Source: Lama glama | Lineage: Eukaryota | Assembly: GCA_028534125.1 (NCBI GenBank) | Contig: CM052818.1 | Location: forward strand, 37,016,001 to 37,080,000 | Length of the DNA stretch: 64,000 nt | Direction: 5' to 3' | Made by a program: the position numbers and the translations under genes | The notes under the pieces: model-generated | Databases searched by the model: none | Told to the model about the DNA's origin: nothing | Seen by the model: the letters and a program-made list of their open reading frames with translations, nothing else | Shown: positions 22,621 to 37,882 of the stretch, one piece after another | Layout: each line of letters opens with the position of its first letter | Numbering within the stretch: position 1 is the stretch's first letter

Positions 22621-23477
22621 AGGAGACAGACGGCAGTTTATCTAGCTCATGGTTGGGGGGGCAGTAAAATCCTTCAGGTTAATGAAGCCTTCAGGTGATT
22701 CTCTCTGGGGGATTCTGATGATTCCCTCTGAATGTGAAGTCCTGCACAATGAGATTAAGAAATTGTAGGATGAGGTTTGGCTGAGGGCAAAATTACTGTC
22801 TTAGTAATGTAACTGGGCTTTAAAAGATTCTTGCCTTGGATGCATGACCGGACTACATGAATTCTCATATTCCTTACATATTGTAGAAATAGTGGCTATT
22901 GTAATTTTTGAACAATTGGAGGAAACAGGCGGGCAGACCCACCAAGGGTTAAGTTGGAATCCCAGGGAAAGAGGAGTTACCCCAGGTAATGAGGGTGACA
23001 GATCCTTCAATGCCCCCCCCCTTTTTTTTAACCCATCCTCTGCCTCGTTCTAAGATTGAATCTGCTGTTTCTATTGCCCCCATCATCTCTGAGTCTTGCA
23101 CTTTTAATCCCATAACCTGTAGCTCATCTGATTCCTGCGTACGACCATTGTTCCTAAGTTGAGCCTGATTTTATTTTCGGTAGAGTCTGAACTATGAAGA
23201 TGCGAAGTAGGCAAAATAGGGATGGGGATATAGAGGCCAATGAGAATACATAATCTAGTACTTTATGAATTAAGTCTGAAATCCTCATGGGCAAAGATAC
23301 GTTACATCTGTGAGATTCTGAATGGGAATCTGCTTTGACAAAGTGAAAGATGGGCTAATAGATTACATAGAAGGTCCTGGCTCATGATCCTTCTGAAAGG
23401 CCCCCTCCCTGTATGAAGCCTCCTGGGCAGGGTCTTTTCCATTTTATAGATGAGAATATAGAAACACAAGCCAAAAG

Positions 23478-26440
23478 GGACTTCCAGTTTTAGCTCCTCC
23501 ATGTGAAGAACTTGGAAGTCATCACTGCCATTCTTACAACAAGAAAAAAGCTTAACAAACTGAAAACCAATGACTTTTCTTGGGTCATTAGAGAATGATG
23601 TAGAGCAAACCATCACTTTGAAACCTGGAGAGACAGGTGAATACAGAAAAGTCACACTGAAATATGCTTACTTGGAACAAAAGTAAGATAAAATTCTTCA
23701 CCTTTCTTACTCTTAATTGATCTATCTAAAGGATAACAGTTGAAGTCACAATAGTAATCGTTTATTTGCCTGATTATGTGATTGTATGATTTGGTTTACA
23801 GATAAGTAAAGTGAGTAACAGCAATCATAGGTACAAGGGGGAGAAATTGGGAATACTCTGTTATAAGGTACTTTTACTAAATGTGAAACAGTGTACTGTT
23901 ATTTGAAGGTGGGCATAGATTAAACATGTATATTTCAAACTCTAGGGCAACCACTAAAATTTTTTTAAAAAGAATAATTGATATGCTAAGAGAGGAGAGA
24001 AATGGATTCATGTATTTAAAATCATAGAAAGCACAAAAAGTTGGGGAAAAGAAACGAATAACAAGTGCAATGAATAGAAACATTTACAAATATAATAGAT
24101 GTTAATCCAACCATATCAATAGTCAATTTAATGTAAATTGTCTAAATACACCAATTAAAAGAGACAGAAATTGTCAGAGTGAATAAAAAACTAAGATCCA
24201 ACTGTATTTTGTCTACAAGAAAATCACTTCAGATGTAATGACTCAGATATATTACAAGTAGAGGGATGAAGAAAATATACCATACTAACATTAATCAAAA
24301 GAAAGCTGTAGTAACTATATTAATTTCAGACAAAGCAGAATTCAGAAAAAGGAAAGTTCTTACAAATCAAGAGATTATTATATAATGATATTGAAGTCGT
24401 AATTATATCACGATAGAGAAGTCAATTCTCCAAGAAGATGTAATAATCTTTAATGTATGTATAACTAACAGAAGAGTGCCAAAAGACATGAGGCAACATT
24501 GACAGAACTGCAAAGAGAAATGGACAAACCCATTACTATAGCTGGAGACTTGATACCCCTCTTTCAGTAACTGATAGATAAAGTTGGCTGGAAATCAGTA
24601 AGGATATGATTGATCTGAATAGCATTACCCATCAACTTGATCTAACTTACATTGTATAATGTTCCATTTCGTAACAACTGAATATGCATTTTTCTCAAGC
24701 TCATATGAAACAGTCACCAAAATAGACTACATTGTAGGCCATATAACACATCTTAAAAATTTTAAAATAACAGAAGTCATACTACGTATGTTCTCAGACC
24801 ATAATAAAATTAAACTGAAAATCAGTAACAAAAAGGTAACTGGAAAATACTAAAATATCTGGAAATTAAGCACAACACTTCTAAATACCATATGGATGAA
24901 ATAAAGAGTCTTGAGAAATTAAACATTATTTTGAACCAAGTGAAAATGAAAATAAAACATCAAAATTTGTGGGATACAGTGAAAGCAGTGATTAGAGGGA
25001 AACTGATAGCATTAAATGTATGTATTAGAAGAGAAGAAAGATCTTAAATCAATAATCCAGCTTCCACATTAGGAAACTAGAGAAAGAAGTGCAATTTAAG
25101 CTTAAGTCAAGCCAAAAAAAAAAAAAATTAGAGCAAATGACAACGAAATTGAAAACAGGAAAACAATAGGGAAAATTAATAAAGCCAAAATCTGGTTCTT
25201 TGAAAATATCAATAAGATTGATAAACATCTAGTCAAGCTGACCAATAAAGATAGAAGACAAACATTTTTCAAAATCATAAATAAAGGAGAGCTCATCACT
25301 ACTGAGTCCACGGACATTGAAAGGGTAATAAAGGAATACCAGGTGTAACACTGTGCTCACAAAATTTATAGCTTAGATTAAATGGATAAGTTCCTTGAGA
25401 GATAAACGGGTGAACAGATTATATGGATAGCCCTCTATCTATTAAAGAAATAATATCAATAAATGATAACCTTTCAAAAAAAAGAAAACATCCATCCTTG
25501 ATAGTTTACTTGTGGATTAAGTCAACGCATTTAAGGGAGAAAAGATGGTTCTTTTCCACAGTCTCTTCCAGAAAAATAGAAGCAGAGAGAAAACTTCTCG
25601 ATTGATTGTATGAGGCCAGTGTTCACCTGACATTACAGGAAAGGAAAGCTGTATCAACATAGAAGCAAAAGTCCTCAACAAACTATGAGTTAATGGAGTC
25701 TATTATTGCATAAAAAGAATTATAAACCACAATCAAATAGAATTTATTCCAGGTAATGCAAGGCTAGTTCAACATCAGAAAATCACAGTATAATCCACCA
25801 CATTAACAGGTGAAAAAGAAGAATCATCGGATAATGTAAGTTGGTACAGAAGAAACATTTGATAAAATCCAGCACCAATTCATGATAAAAACTCTGCAAA
25901 CTAGGATTAGAGGGGAATTTGCTCAATTTGATGAAGAACACCTACCAAAAAACCTACAGTCGACGTTACACTTCATGGTGAGAAACTTTCCCCCAAGAGC
26001 GAGAACAAGCAAAGGATGCCCTCTTGTCACTCCTCTTCACCGTCTTCCTGGAGTCCTAGCTAAAGCAAAAAAGACCATAAAAGCAAATAAAGTTATACAG
26101 ACTGGACAGGAAGAAATAAAACTGTCCAGATGCAGATGTCACAATTGCCTAAAGTCCCAAAGAATCGAGAGGCAAACAAACAAGCAACTCTCCTGGAACT
26201 AAGAAGTGAATGCAGCAAGATCATAGGACACAAGGTTAATAGACAAAAGTCAAATGTTCTCCTATATACCAGTAATGAACAATTGAAGTTTGAAATTTAA
26301 AAAGTTATAATAATACCAGAAAATGAACTGCTTAGGTGTAAATCTAACAAGGTATGTACAAGATGTACATGTGGAAAACTACAAAATTGTTGAAAGAAAT
26401 TGAAGAACATCAGTAAATGGAATGATTCTGTGTTCACGGA
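23478..26440 (+). mobile_element. Old L1 (L1MC-type) with 5' end, internal deletion and decayed ORF2
   Basis: A-rich sense strand; ORF-track fragments TKIDYIVGH..MFSDHNKIKLKI (endonuclease) and GCPL..GVLAKA..EEIKLS (RT); L1 3'-ward text to ~26440. Confidence 0.92.
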
Positions 26441-29400
26441 CAAGTCGAGAGACACACTGCGGAGAGGGCTGGGACTAAAGCCTCTGTTTTGAGATCCTCG
26501 AACCCGAACAGTACTTTAATTTGAGGGACTAGGTTTTGATGCCTTCTTAACTAGAACAACAGTTTAAAATTAGCCAATTGATTAATTGTCTGATTTGTTT
26601 ATCTTTACTTTTAGAAGGCAGTGCATTCTCAGAGTGAAAAATTCAAACAGTATAAAAGGTTGTGAAAAGTTAAGTTTTTCTCCGTTCTAGGAAGCAATTA
26701 CAGCTATCAGTTTCTAGCATGATTTTCCAGAAATGTTCTAATTGTGTATTATCTTTCAGAAGGTAAATCAGAGCTTGTAGCTCAAGGTGTTAAGGAGAAT
26801 GTTGTCTTTTCCATTTGCGAAATCTTCATAAATCATATCCATGTGGAAACTCCTACTTTTTAATTTGCATTGTTTTAATTTTTTTTTTACAAAGAATACT
26901 TACTAATTTCACTGTTAACTAATTCAGTTAACTCACAGATGCTGATTTTATAGTTAACATGTAAAATTTCTGGTTTCTGCTGCCTTCTATTGCTTTGAGG
27001 CAAAATGACTCAAGAATGAGGTCAGAGTTGGTGAGATTTTTTTTTCCCGTCCTTTTCAACTGTGCGCTGAGTGCGAGTGTGTGTGTGGAGTTTGGAAAGG
27101 GGAAAACAGCTAGAAAAGACGGAAAGCAGGAGAGAAGAAAAGACTTATCCCTGTCTGTGTGTCTCCAGGTCCCCCAGGACCGCATAGGAGTGGCCCAGGA
27201 CCTCTCCTGTGGACAGCTCTGTTCTGGAATCACATCAGAGGCAGCAATCAGGGCCTTCAGGTACAGCAGGCCTTTGAAACCTGTGGCTCAGAGGCATGAG
27301 CCTGCGCAATTTTCCAGGGTCTGCTTGTGGAAGGGAGGCTCTGCATCTTTAAAGATCTCTCTGGCTCCCCATTCAGAGTCTCTCAGTCTTCTTCATTCAG
27401 CGCAGTGTGAAGTGAGGAGGCGAATGCACAAAGAGCACCAATCCATGGATGCATGCGTTCCGCTCGTCTTCAATACCCGGCCCTGGCTAAAGCCAATACT
27501 GCCTTCCTACGTTTCACATTTCGAATTTCTTGCAAGCCGTCACAGGTAGATCCCACGCTGTAAAGCAAATTGCATGCCATTCCAACGGACTGAAAAAATT
27601 AGTCCAATAAGGAGGCGTTTGATGTGCAACTATGAATCCTGTGATGATGCTGGCATGTGGCAGTTGTCTTGACCAATATCGTATGTGAAGATTTTATCCT
27701 GGGATTTCCATGAGTTTTGAGGTTGAAGCAAGCAAGATTCTGTTCTTTCAGTCATAGTACAGGCGTTGGTGTGGGGCCTGTGCTGAGGTTAGGGCTGAAG
27801 TTAGACCAGGGCAGGGGGTTGAATAAAGAGAGGAGGACATGAGAAATTGGGGAATGCCTTTCTTCTGCCCTTGAAGAACTTAAAATTAAAAAGGGGAGGT
27901 AGAACCTTTGAATAATCTTTAAATTAAATAACGCATCAATATCAGGGAGTACCTTGAATGATGCAGGAGCCTGTGTGGGAAGAAAGAGAACAAAGAGGAT
28001 GTGGTTGGAAGATACCACACGGACACAGGGGTGTCCAGGAGCATCTTTGGATTGTGATTGGCAGGCTGTCCTCAATTCGCTATCTGGAGTCTCTGTATAG
28101 CAAGGTCATGTTATCAAAAGTTCTGCCTTTGGAGTCCAGCCAGACGAGACCACTATCTTTGCTAAGAATTTACTGGATGCCCTGTTTGATGTCCCTTGGC
28201 CTAGCGACATTTCCCTGTAATGTGGCACTCCATGTCTATACAGCCATATGCAGCCACTGAAAATGAACTCCAGGGGGAATCTGGTGGTTCTGGTGTTTAT
28301 CCCTTCATAGGCTTAAAAAGAGCACATCTCTCTTCCTGGATAATGCTGGTTCAAATCTTTCCAGTGCTCTTGTCTTGGTGAAGATAATAAAATTGTTGTT
28401 TTTGGTTCTCATCATTTCCCAGTGGAGTAATTGTTATGTTTTTGGTGCCCCATGAAGAACACCTTGGATTGCTCTGAAAAAGCACAATCCAAGGCCAGTT
28501 GTGCAGGTCTGCGGATGTGTGCAAGGGCAGCTTGGGTGAGTCAGATCCCTCCTGTCACCAAATGAATCACCTGGAAACCTTATTAGGAACTTTCCAATGA
28601 CAGGCTCAGATATATTTACTTGACATTACTAAGTTCTTTTGACTTTAGCTTGCCCATCTCAGGAAGTAGGAGGGTGATCCTGGGTGCTGTCTTTGTCCAC
28701 TCTGGGGAGCTCATAGCCGTGGAAGTGCTAACCCGTTACTGATGCATTTGAGTGGTGTAAAGTTCAGCGTGGAAGGGAGCTTGATGGTATCTATATCATT
28801 CTGCAGCCTCAAGTCGAAAGTAGCTCCTTTTCTTCCCTAAAATTTTGTATGTGGACCTACTATTTATCCTGTGCTTTCTCTGTGCCAGGCAGCATGCTGT
28901 AGGCCAAGCATTAGACCTCTCCTCTAATTCTTTTATTTAACTCTCACATTAAATGAGGCCCCATCTTACAGGTGAGGTAACTGAGGTATTGTTTAAAGAA
29001 AGCTTGTTTAGTTAACTCAACCAATGTCCCATCACTAGACTGTGTCAGAGCAGTAGAAACACCATGTTGACCTGACTTTGTTACTTTTTGGAAGTCCTCA
29101 TGCCATGTGGGTTCATCTCAGAAATTCAACTCAGGTTGATTAACCCCAGAGAAGATGGGCAAGGCGTGGAATGCAGACTGTTTAAACTTGGCACTGAAGA
29201 TGTTTGAGGACTGGGGGGAAAGTTCTGATTCACCATTCATCTCTCTCCTTCCTTGGAAAGAGCACACAGATTTCACTAAATTCACAATCCCTCCACAGCC
29301 TTTGTCATATCCGGTTTCCGTTTTTATCTGATGGTCTAACACATCTGTTAGCCCAGTACAACCATTCTTCCTGTCTTTCCCAAATCATTCACTTGTTATC

Positions 29401-29899
29401 TGCCTCCAAACTGTTTATCTTGTATTATTTAGCTCTTTCTGAATGTTATAAGATTGTACTGGGAATTAATTATTTTCATGCTCCATGACATCAGTAAACT
29501 ATATCTAGTACCAAATACAAAGAAGAGGTGGTTTTGCTGTTTCTTTGCTAAGATCTTCACTCTTGGACTCACCTCCTTTGGGGGAGGCAAGCTCTGCCTT
29601 GTGCCAGCCTTCATCATGTATCTGTCTGAAGCTTGGTTTTGATCTCTGTAAATCAGTGGTAGTTATGAATCAGATGCATCTAACCACCTCAAGGCTGTTG
29701 TGAGGACAAGGGAAGTTAATAATGTGCTCCAAAGAACTTCCATATACAAAAGAGAGGTCGTGTGACAAGTGGTCATGGCATTGACCTTTCTCTTGTGGCC
29801 TCCCGCCTTCTACCCTTGCCAAAACATGCCTCTCCTACTCATGCTTCTGTCTGAGATATGTTGTCATGTCTCTCAGAAGCGTTCCATCGCCACACCCGA

Positions 29900-30272
29900 C
29901 GTGTGCTAGAGCTGCCGTAACAAAGTACCCCAGACTGTGTGTCTTAAGTAACAGACATTTCTGTCCTCCCAACTCTGGAGGCTGGAAGTCACAGATCAAG
30001 GTGTTGTCAGGGTTGGTTTCCTTGGAAGCCCTCACTTTTGGGCTTGTAGATGGCCATCTTCTCCTGGGTCTTCCCTTTACGTGTGTTTGTGTCTTAATTT
30101 TTCCCTCCTGATGAGGACATCAGTTACATTGCGTTAGGGCCTACTCTGATGAACTCATTTCACCTTAATTCCTTCTTTAAATACCTTATCTCCTGATACA
30201 TTCACATTAGGAAGTACTGGGAGTTAGAACTTGAACATCTGACTTTTGAGGGGGCAGAATTTAGCCCATACC
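29900..30272 (-). mobile_element. MLT1B/C-type MaLR LTR
   Basis: gctagagctgccgtaacaaagtacc..ctggaggctggaagtc..gggcagaatttagcccata. Confidence 0.85.
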
Positions 30273-33200
30273 ACCTCATTCCTTTTTCCCATTTCCATCC
30301 TTCCAAGAAACCCTAAAGTGTGTTTTCACAGCATCCTTTATTTTTTGCCCTATCGTGGCACTTACCATTGTTTTAATTTCTTATTTACTTGTTTATATTC
30401 CACCCTAGATTCTGTTAAATCTGAGTAGATCTCTGCTTTGTTCTTCCTGTATCCCCACTTCCTAGAGAAATATATTTCTAATTAACCTCTGAATATTTGT
30501 TGAATGATGAAGTTTCTTGGAATGCTTCTTGTTACCACCTCTAACTATATAAAATTAGGCCAAATATTTATTCCATATTTATGATGTCTCAGATAACTTG
30601 TGTATCTTCTTTCATGCAAAAACCACAAGAGCCCCATGAGGTAGACACTGCTATTAACATTTCTGTTTTATAGTTGAGTAATTTGAGGTACAAAAAGGTC
30701 AAGAAGTTTACCTAAAGTCAGAGAGCCGGTTGTACTGGTGAGTGTGGAATTTGAGTCCAGGAACTGTGACTTCAGAGTCTTCATGGTTAAATACAGTATT
30801 GAGATGTTTCTTGGTAGAACATCAACCAGTGTGGCTTACAGTTGCTGGTTTATCCAGGTTTAGCCCAATTTCCCACCAAACCACGTCTTAAACCAAGAGT
30901 GTTTTAAATGATTGTCTTGCAAGTGGTAAAATGGAGGTAGAGGGAAGGGAGGGAAGAGATCAGCAGGTTTAGGTCCCATCTTGGGGACTGCGTTTGGATC
31001 CAGGTTAGCGGGAAGAGAAACAATGAAGGAGCTGATAGAGAATGCAGTCTAGATGAGAGAGGATTCACTACAATTGTCATTATCCATCTTACCTTAGAGA
31101 CAAACAGCTTCCAAGTCTTTACCATTTTCTCAGCACTCTCCCTTTTATCAAACTATGTGATTTTCAAAATAGTCAACTGACATAAACCAAGAAGATATTA
31201 TTATCTGTATTTTATTGCTCAGGAAACAGATTGAGAGTGGCTAAGTACATTGCCCAACATTGCCAAGCTAGTCATTGGAGTTCCTAAGGTTAAATCCTAA
31301 GACTTCTCTTTCTCTATGCTGGGGGTTGAGTTTAATAAGGGAAGGAGGTAAAGAGAGAGCTAAATTTCAGGGGAATACCTTTAATCAGGAAGGGAGAGGA
31401 GGAAGAGTGTCCTGGAAAGAAGACTGAAATGCATTGCTAGGAACCCTTGAAGGAGGACTAAGAAGGTGCTGGTGGCAAAAGTCAAGGGGTCAGGGAGTCT
31501 CGGAGTTGAAGTCATCAAGTGAGATGACTTATAAGAATACTTGATACATGTGAATGCTCAGAAGTTGGCAACTGGGAGACCACTCAGCATGTTCCAGAGC
31601 ATGTTCTCAGTGGTACAGTGTGGTCAATTCTTAGTCCCTGTCCAGGTAAACTCTTCTCTCTGAATAAAGTTTGTATTTCTTTTCTCTAGAATTCCCATTA
31701 GTTGCATAACAGCAAATTGCTAGATACATTTTTATTTGCTTTTGCTTGTTTGAATTTTATCTGCCTGAAGACATTCATCTTTGATCTTTCCAGGATGGGT
31801 CCTCTGTAGCAGGTTTGTTTGCAGCACCAAAGTACATGTTTGCTCCCGCCTCCCCCTCCACATACCCAAGGTCCCTTTGTTGTAATGCAAACCAGACTAT
31901 TATTTTAAACCCACTCTCTCTGAGATTTGGCATCTTAATTTTCATCTTGATTTTCTTCTCTTCAGTCCTTCCATGGGTTAGAATTAAAAATTAGATATGT
32001 TTTAGAATATGCCTAGAATTAGAAATAAGATGTTTTCTCCCTTATACCTTGAGGGTTCCTCAGCTCTCATTTCTTCCTCTGATCTGTTTTCTGACTCTGT
32101 AAATTGTTGTGCTGTGGTGACTACTCTATAAGGCAGCCTAACTTGTAGTGAGGATGTGATGTGCTTAGTTGGAGTTGTAAGTTGGCAACAAAGTCATTGA
32201 ATCCAAGACAGGTGAAAAAAAATGTTATTGGTCTAACTTCTAAGAATTCTTATGGGCTCTCTTTATTCTTCCTGCCAGAATTAACACTCATCATTGGATT
32301 TTCTTATTTATCAGGATGAGTGCACATTAGCTTGAGGAAGAAGCACTATCCTGGTTAACTTAACAAGTAACTTTTTGGGAGAGTCATGGAGTGAAAGAAC
32401 ACTTGGTCTGGACATTTCTCTGTACCTTAACAGTGTATCCCACTGTGGCTAGAAGTCTAAAAATTAAATTTTCATACTGGAAGTCATTCAATGTTTGACA
32501 AAGTGGTTCAGCCCAGTATTGATGTACAGAGCCTTGAGCATCCATTGCTACCCTAACTCTCTTCTTTGATGGGGAGAGCTTGGGTTACTCTCGTATCTAG
32601 ATTCTAGGTTATGAGTTTGGTTTTGGATGAGCAATGTCACCTTCCCAAAATGTAACTGACCCATTCCTGCCTCTGAGGGTTTGCTAATTGCTTTGTCCTC
32701 AAATGCTCACCCCATTTTTCCCTCTCTGTGCAAATTCTACCTGCTATTTAGATTTGATTCAGGTGTTGCATCCTCTCAGAAGTCTTCCATGATATAAAAG
32801 TTAGCAGTCCTCCTCTGTATTCTAGTAGCTCTTTTTTTTCTAGCCATTATCTAACATATATTACTAATTTATTTTCTATATGCTTAACCTTTGCCACTAG
32901 ATTCGAGGCTCTCCAAGGCCAATGACTCTACCCTTTACAATCTTTGTATGACCAGCATCTTTCTAGCACACAGATTTGTTTATAGTAGGTGTGAAATAAA
33001 TGTGTGATATTGGTTGATTTATGAGCATGCTCTCTAACACAAGACATATGGAGTTCATTGGCTTGGTGCTTAAGTGTCACCATCCCCACCACCACCCCTT
33101 TCTCCAAGTTATCCTCTTGGCCTGGCCCAGCTGAAGCTGTAGAAAGTAGATAAATCACTCAGCTCCTAGGTCAGACAGCTCAGAGACAAATGAACACAGA

Positions 33201-35864
33201 AGGTCGTTGCCACTATAATGATGCAGTGGCTGTGCTGTTTGCCAGTTTCTGGACAACAATAGATTGCTTTCCTTCTCTTAACTTTAATTCCATTTCTCAT
33301 AAGCCTGAAATTGCACTTGCTATTTTCCAGCTCCCCCCCCAACCCTGCCCTAGTTCATGTCAGTGTTCCTTAACTAACATTTTTATGGCTTGAAAATCAA
33401 TTCTGAACCAGATATAAAGACATTCTCTGTCTCCAGCCTTTGTTCTCAGTACCAGCCTCAACACCCTGCATCAGCTCAGTGCTGTGGCTTTGGACCTCCT
33501 TGATAATTTCTAGTCTCTGATTCATTTTATTTGAACTCTGTTTAGATCTGGGTTGATGTTTATGAAATAGACCTTCTCATGCTCACTTTTCATCAATTTA
33601 TTCCCAGATAATGGAATCTTTGGAATCATGGAACTAAAAAGATATTGGTTTTAACAATTCTTGTTAGTTGAAAGCCTCAGTTATTCTACCCTGTTCAACT
33701 CAAAGATTTTGGAGGAGAGGAGAGATTTGTGGGTTAAGGCAGAGGGTTTGGAAAAGACTTTACTGATTTTCAATGACCAGGCTCAGAGTAGTAGTCAAGA
33801 TCTTTTACAATCCGGATTCAGATTACTTTGTTTTGCTTTGTGCCAGCTATGCTGGTCTTTCAATTCAGCACCATGGACAGAGGAGATAAGATCAGGCAAA
33901 GGAGCAAAACTCAGTCTGAGAAAGTTTAGTAGGACACGACAGGACATGCATTTTAAGTTGAGAAACTCATAACAGACACATTTGCTGCCCTAAACAATTA
34001 CCTGAACTCAGAGAATCAGTAAAAAGCATGCATTTTAGAATCAAACAACAAGACTTGAATTCTAACATTTTTTTTAATGTTTGCTAAGGTATGACTTTGG
34101 GCCTGATGCCCTCTCTGAGAGCCAGTTTCTTTATGTGTAGGTTTGGGAAACTACTACCCTTAGAAACTCCTGCTTTGTTACTGTGACTAGCACAGCCCTT
34201 GGTATCTTCACTGGCTTCTCTGCTACCAAATGCTGCTAGATCGTAGTATAACCCAGTGTCCCTACCTGGCACTCACCTGAAATAGTCCAGCCTCGATAAA
34301 CTGGATATAATGCAGACACTTCTGTCTCTACCAGAGACCATGTGGCAGCCTAAGGCTCAGAGGCCTTTCTGGGCAAGCTATATAGAGCTGGGCCTGCTGG
34401 CTCTTTTGTTTGCATACACCAAATTTGAGATGGGCTATCATTAACCAAATGGAGAGCAGCTGTGCTTACTGAGAAAGTGTGCTTCTTCAGACTTGTGGAC
34501 ATGATGGAAATTCCACAGCCAGAATGTCTGGCTCAAGAGGCCTTAGGAACATGTGAAACTGCCTTAGTTAATCTTCCAGAAGAACCCCTTTCTCTGTGGC
34601 CTAATATTTCCTGGGCTGATTCAGTGATGAATCCTTATGTTTCTCAATTAGAAGATTATGCCTTTGGGTTGAGTAGGATTTTCTCTGTTAAAAGGCAAAT
34701 TCCAATAGCAAGATCTTTCATTAAACAGTACCTGGCCAGTGATACCTTCTTTAGTGTGAATTAAGGGCTGGCAACTTCCTCTAGAAATTAAACACAGAGC
34801 TGAAAAGGGACCAAATGAGGGAGAAAAGTCCAGAGTACAAATCCTCTCACCTGGAGGCTACCAGGGATGAGCTCTACAGATGGAACACAGAACTGCCAAA
34901 GATAATGTCTTCACCCCTAAAGTTGTGTCCAATGTTGCTGCTAGCTGAAACCCGGTTGATTTTTATTCTTGCAATATGATCAAACTTATGATTAAATAGA
35001 CATCTCATCCACCTTTTTCCTCTTTGTCTCTCTCTCTCTACTCAATTCTTCAACACTCTCTCCTCAGTTCCCCAACACTTTCCATTTTTTTTAACCTCTT
35101 CTCTTTTTATCTCTATTCTCAATGGTCCAGGATCCAAGTTGCCACCAATACCTCACAGTGCATGTTACCTATACACTTCTAGGAACCCCAGAATGACTTG
35201 TGGAGACATGACTTCTGAATTGGTGGTGTGAGGAGCTCCACAGACCATCTCCACTTATAATCTCTGGAAATTGTCTTTAGGGCATACAGCAAATAAAGAA
35301 ATGTTTATTCAAGATAGTTTACTGAATCTTGGTAAGAACAGTAATGATGTGTGGCATTTGTGCCACAATTCACTCCTCCTGTCCCCGTCTCCTAGCTCAC
35401 AGTGATGGACATCTACTCCAGGCAAATTCAGCCAGGAGCACAGGGCACCATCTTCAATCTGCTCCCATTTGAGGGCCACCAGTACTTCTCATCCCACCCC
35501 TCCACTCCTATCTTTGTGTTTCAGAGGCTCTATTCTTGGCCAGAGTGACTGAGAAGTATGAGGCTTTCGTCCTCTACCCAGCCCCCAATTATAGGGTGGG
35601 AAATCTACTTCAGGCATGGAAGGCCAGAGACGTAGGGCCCTAGTCACATCACCCTATCTTGGTTGTAAGGCAAAGTCTCCTTTCCAGGAAATGCAAGCTG
35701 CAAAGACTGGAGGCTGCTGCCCCAGCCTAGGTGACACTAATGAAGCTTATGGAGCAGGGGTATGACTCTGAGAGAAATAGGCCACTGCCTGTGCCCCTAG
35801 CTGTAAGGCAGTGGTGCAGATTTGTTGCTCAAGAGGAGAGGCAATCCGTAAGAATGAAGAGCTC

Positions 35865-36022
35865 GGAGAGGGAGGGTAGAGTGCGTGCTCAGTGGTAGAG
35901 TGCATGCTTAGCATGCACAAGATCCTGGGTTCAATCCTCAGTACCTACACTAAAAAATAAAATCAAATTAAAATTAATTTAAAAATATGTAAAGAAATCT
36001 AATCCCCCCCCCCAAATAAAAC
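35865..36022 (+). mobile_element. Camelid Vic-1-type tRNA-derived SINE
   Basis: gctcagtggtagagtgcatgcttagcatgcacaagatcctgggttcaatc (A/B boxes), A-rich tail, 15-bp TSD aagaatgaagagctc/aagaattaagagctc (35850-35864, 36023-36037). Confidence 0.88.
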
Positions 36023-36790
36023 AAGAATTAAGAGCTCAGAAGTTCTCCCCAAGAAAACTAACTTTATTGGTACCATAGTATAAGGAAGTTCAAGCCTAGG
36101 AGTGTTCTTAAAAACAATGGAGATTTTGGTGACAAGCAATTAAGAGGAGACTGGTAGATCCATGAGATGAACAAGCTAAACCTTAGAGCATATAGAAATT
36201 TACCAGAGAGAACTAAGGAAAGAGACAGTTAAGAAGAATCCTCCTGGGGTTGACACATACCTCTAAGACTGGCCTCAAAGATTACCCCTGTGAAGGGACC
36301 CACATTTAATTGCAACCAACTGTGGAGCAATTTGTACCCTAGGGCATTGTCAAAATAATAGAATAATCAGCCAGCAATTAGGGGAGGCTAATAGCTGGGC
36401 ATGATATCAATGGAGGCAGACAATGGAGAGATCAGGGAAAGAGACAAAAAGATTGCTAATACAATCGCTGCCATCCCAGATTGACAGTATGATGCCCAAG
36501 GCTGAACCCTCTGAGCAGTGATATCAGAGGCTGCTTTCTTAGGGGAAAATAGACCACTGACATAATCGAGCCAACTCACCAGACAAATAGCAAACAACAA
36601 GCCCCAGAGGAGGAGATCAGTATATAGAATTGCGATAGTATGTTATCTAAAATGTCCTGTTTTCAATGAGGGAAAATTATGAGACATTCAAACAAATAGA
36701 AGAAGGTGGCCCAGATGGGAAAAAAAGCAGGCCATAGAAACTGCCTGTCAAGGATCCAAATGTCATTTAGCAAAGACTTTAAAGCAGCTA

Positions 36791-37256
36791 TAGGCATGCT
36801 TCAGAGATATTGTGGGTTTGGTTTCAGACCTGCAATAAAGCAAATATCACAACAAAGTGAGTCACACAAATTTTTTGATTTCCTAATGCATATAAAAGTT
36901 ATGTTTACACTATGTTAGGTGTGCAGTAGTATTATGTCTAAAAAATGTGTGCATCTCTTAATTAAAAAACACTATTGCTAAGAATGCCAAAACAATTACA
37001 ATAGCAACATCAAAGATCACTGCTCACAGACTGACCACTATAAAATATAACTTAAAAGTTATTAATATTAATAATGAAAATAATAATGAAAAAGAAATAC
37101 TGTGAGAATTACCAAAATGTGAGACTGAGACACAAAGTGAGCAAATGCTGTTGGAAAAATGGTGCTGATTGACTTGCTCGATGCAGAGTTGACAAAAACC
37201 TTCCATTTGTTAAAAAATGCAGTATCTGTGAGGTGCAATAAAATGATATATGCCTG
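36791..37256 (-). mobile_element. Internally deleted Tigger1 DNA transposon
   Basis: Both Tigger1 ends are present (caggcata..ttttattgc..cagatactgc on minus; (c)aggcat..gagatattg at the other end), flanked by TA at 36789-36790 and 37257-37258. Confidence 0.88.
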
Positions 37257-37882
37257 TATTACAAATATATTCAAAGGGCTATAGGAAACTACACTCAAAG
37301 AAGTAAAGGGAGGAAGGAAGGTCTAATGACTATGTCTTATAAAATAGAGAATAATAATAAGGAGATAGAAATGATAAAAAAAAGAACCAAATGGAAATTA
37401 TGAAGGTGAAAAGTACAATAACTGAAATTAAAATTTTACTGGAGAGTCTCAACTGTAGATTTGAGTTGGCAGAAGAATCAGTGAACTTAAAGATATATCA
37501 GTTAGAAACTATGCAGTCTGACTAACAGAGGGAAAAAAATGAAGAAAAATGAACAGCATCAGAGAAATATGGGACACATACATGTAATAAGAGTACCAGA
37601 AGGAGAGGAGAAAAAGGAGCAAAAAATATATTTGAAGATATCATGGCTGAAAGCTTTCTAGATTTGATGAAAACCATTAATCTACACAACCAAGAAGCTC
37701 AACAAATTCCAAATATGATGATGATGAAGTAAAAGAAAAGGGATTTACTCCCAGATCACATCACAGTAAAAAAGCTGAAAGATAACAAAATCTTGAAAGC
37801 AACAAGAGAAAGTGACTCATAATATACAAGGAGACCTCAGTAATAATGTGAACTAATTTTTCATTAGAAACAATAGAGGCCA

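Noticed and set aside
26995..27549. 184-aa ORF
   Set aside because: Non-ATG start, and no recognisable homology or convincing exon boundaries.
27640..27725. Box C-like GTGATGA suggesting a C/D snoRNA
   Set aside because: No properly placed CTGA box D or terminal stem.
35865..35945. tRNA-Ala-like sequences (also at 37883 and 50292)
   Set aside because: These are SINE heads with A-rich tails and, for two of them, clear TSDs; they are not tRNA genes.
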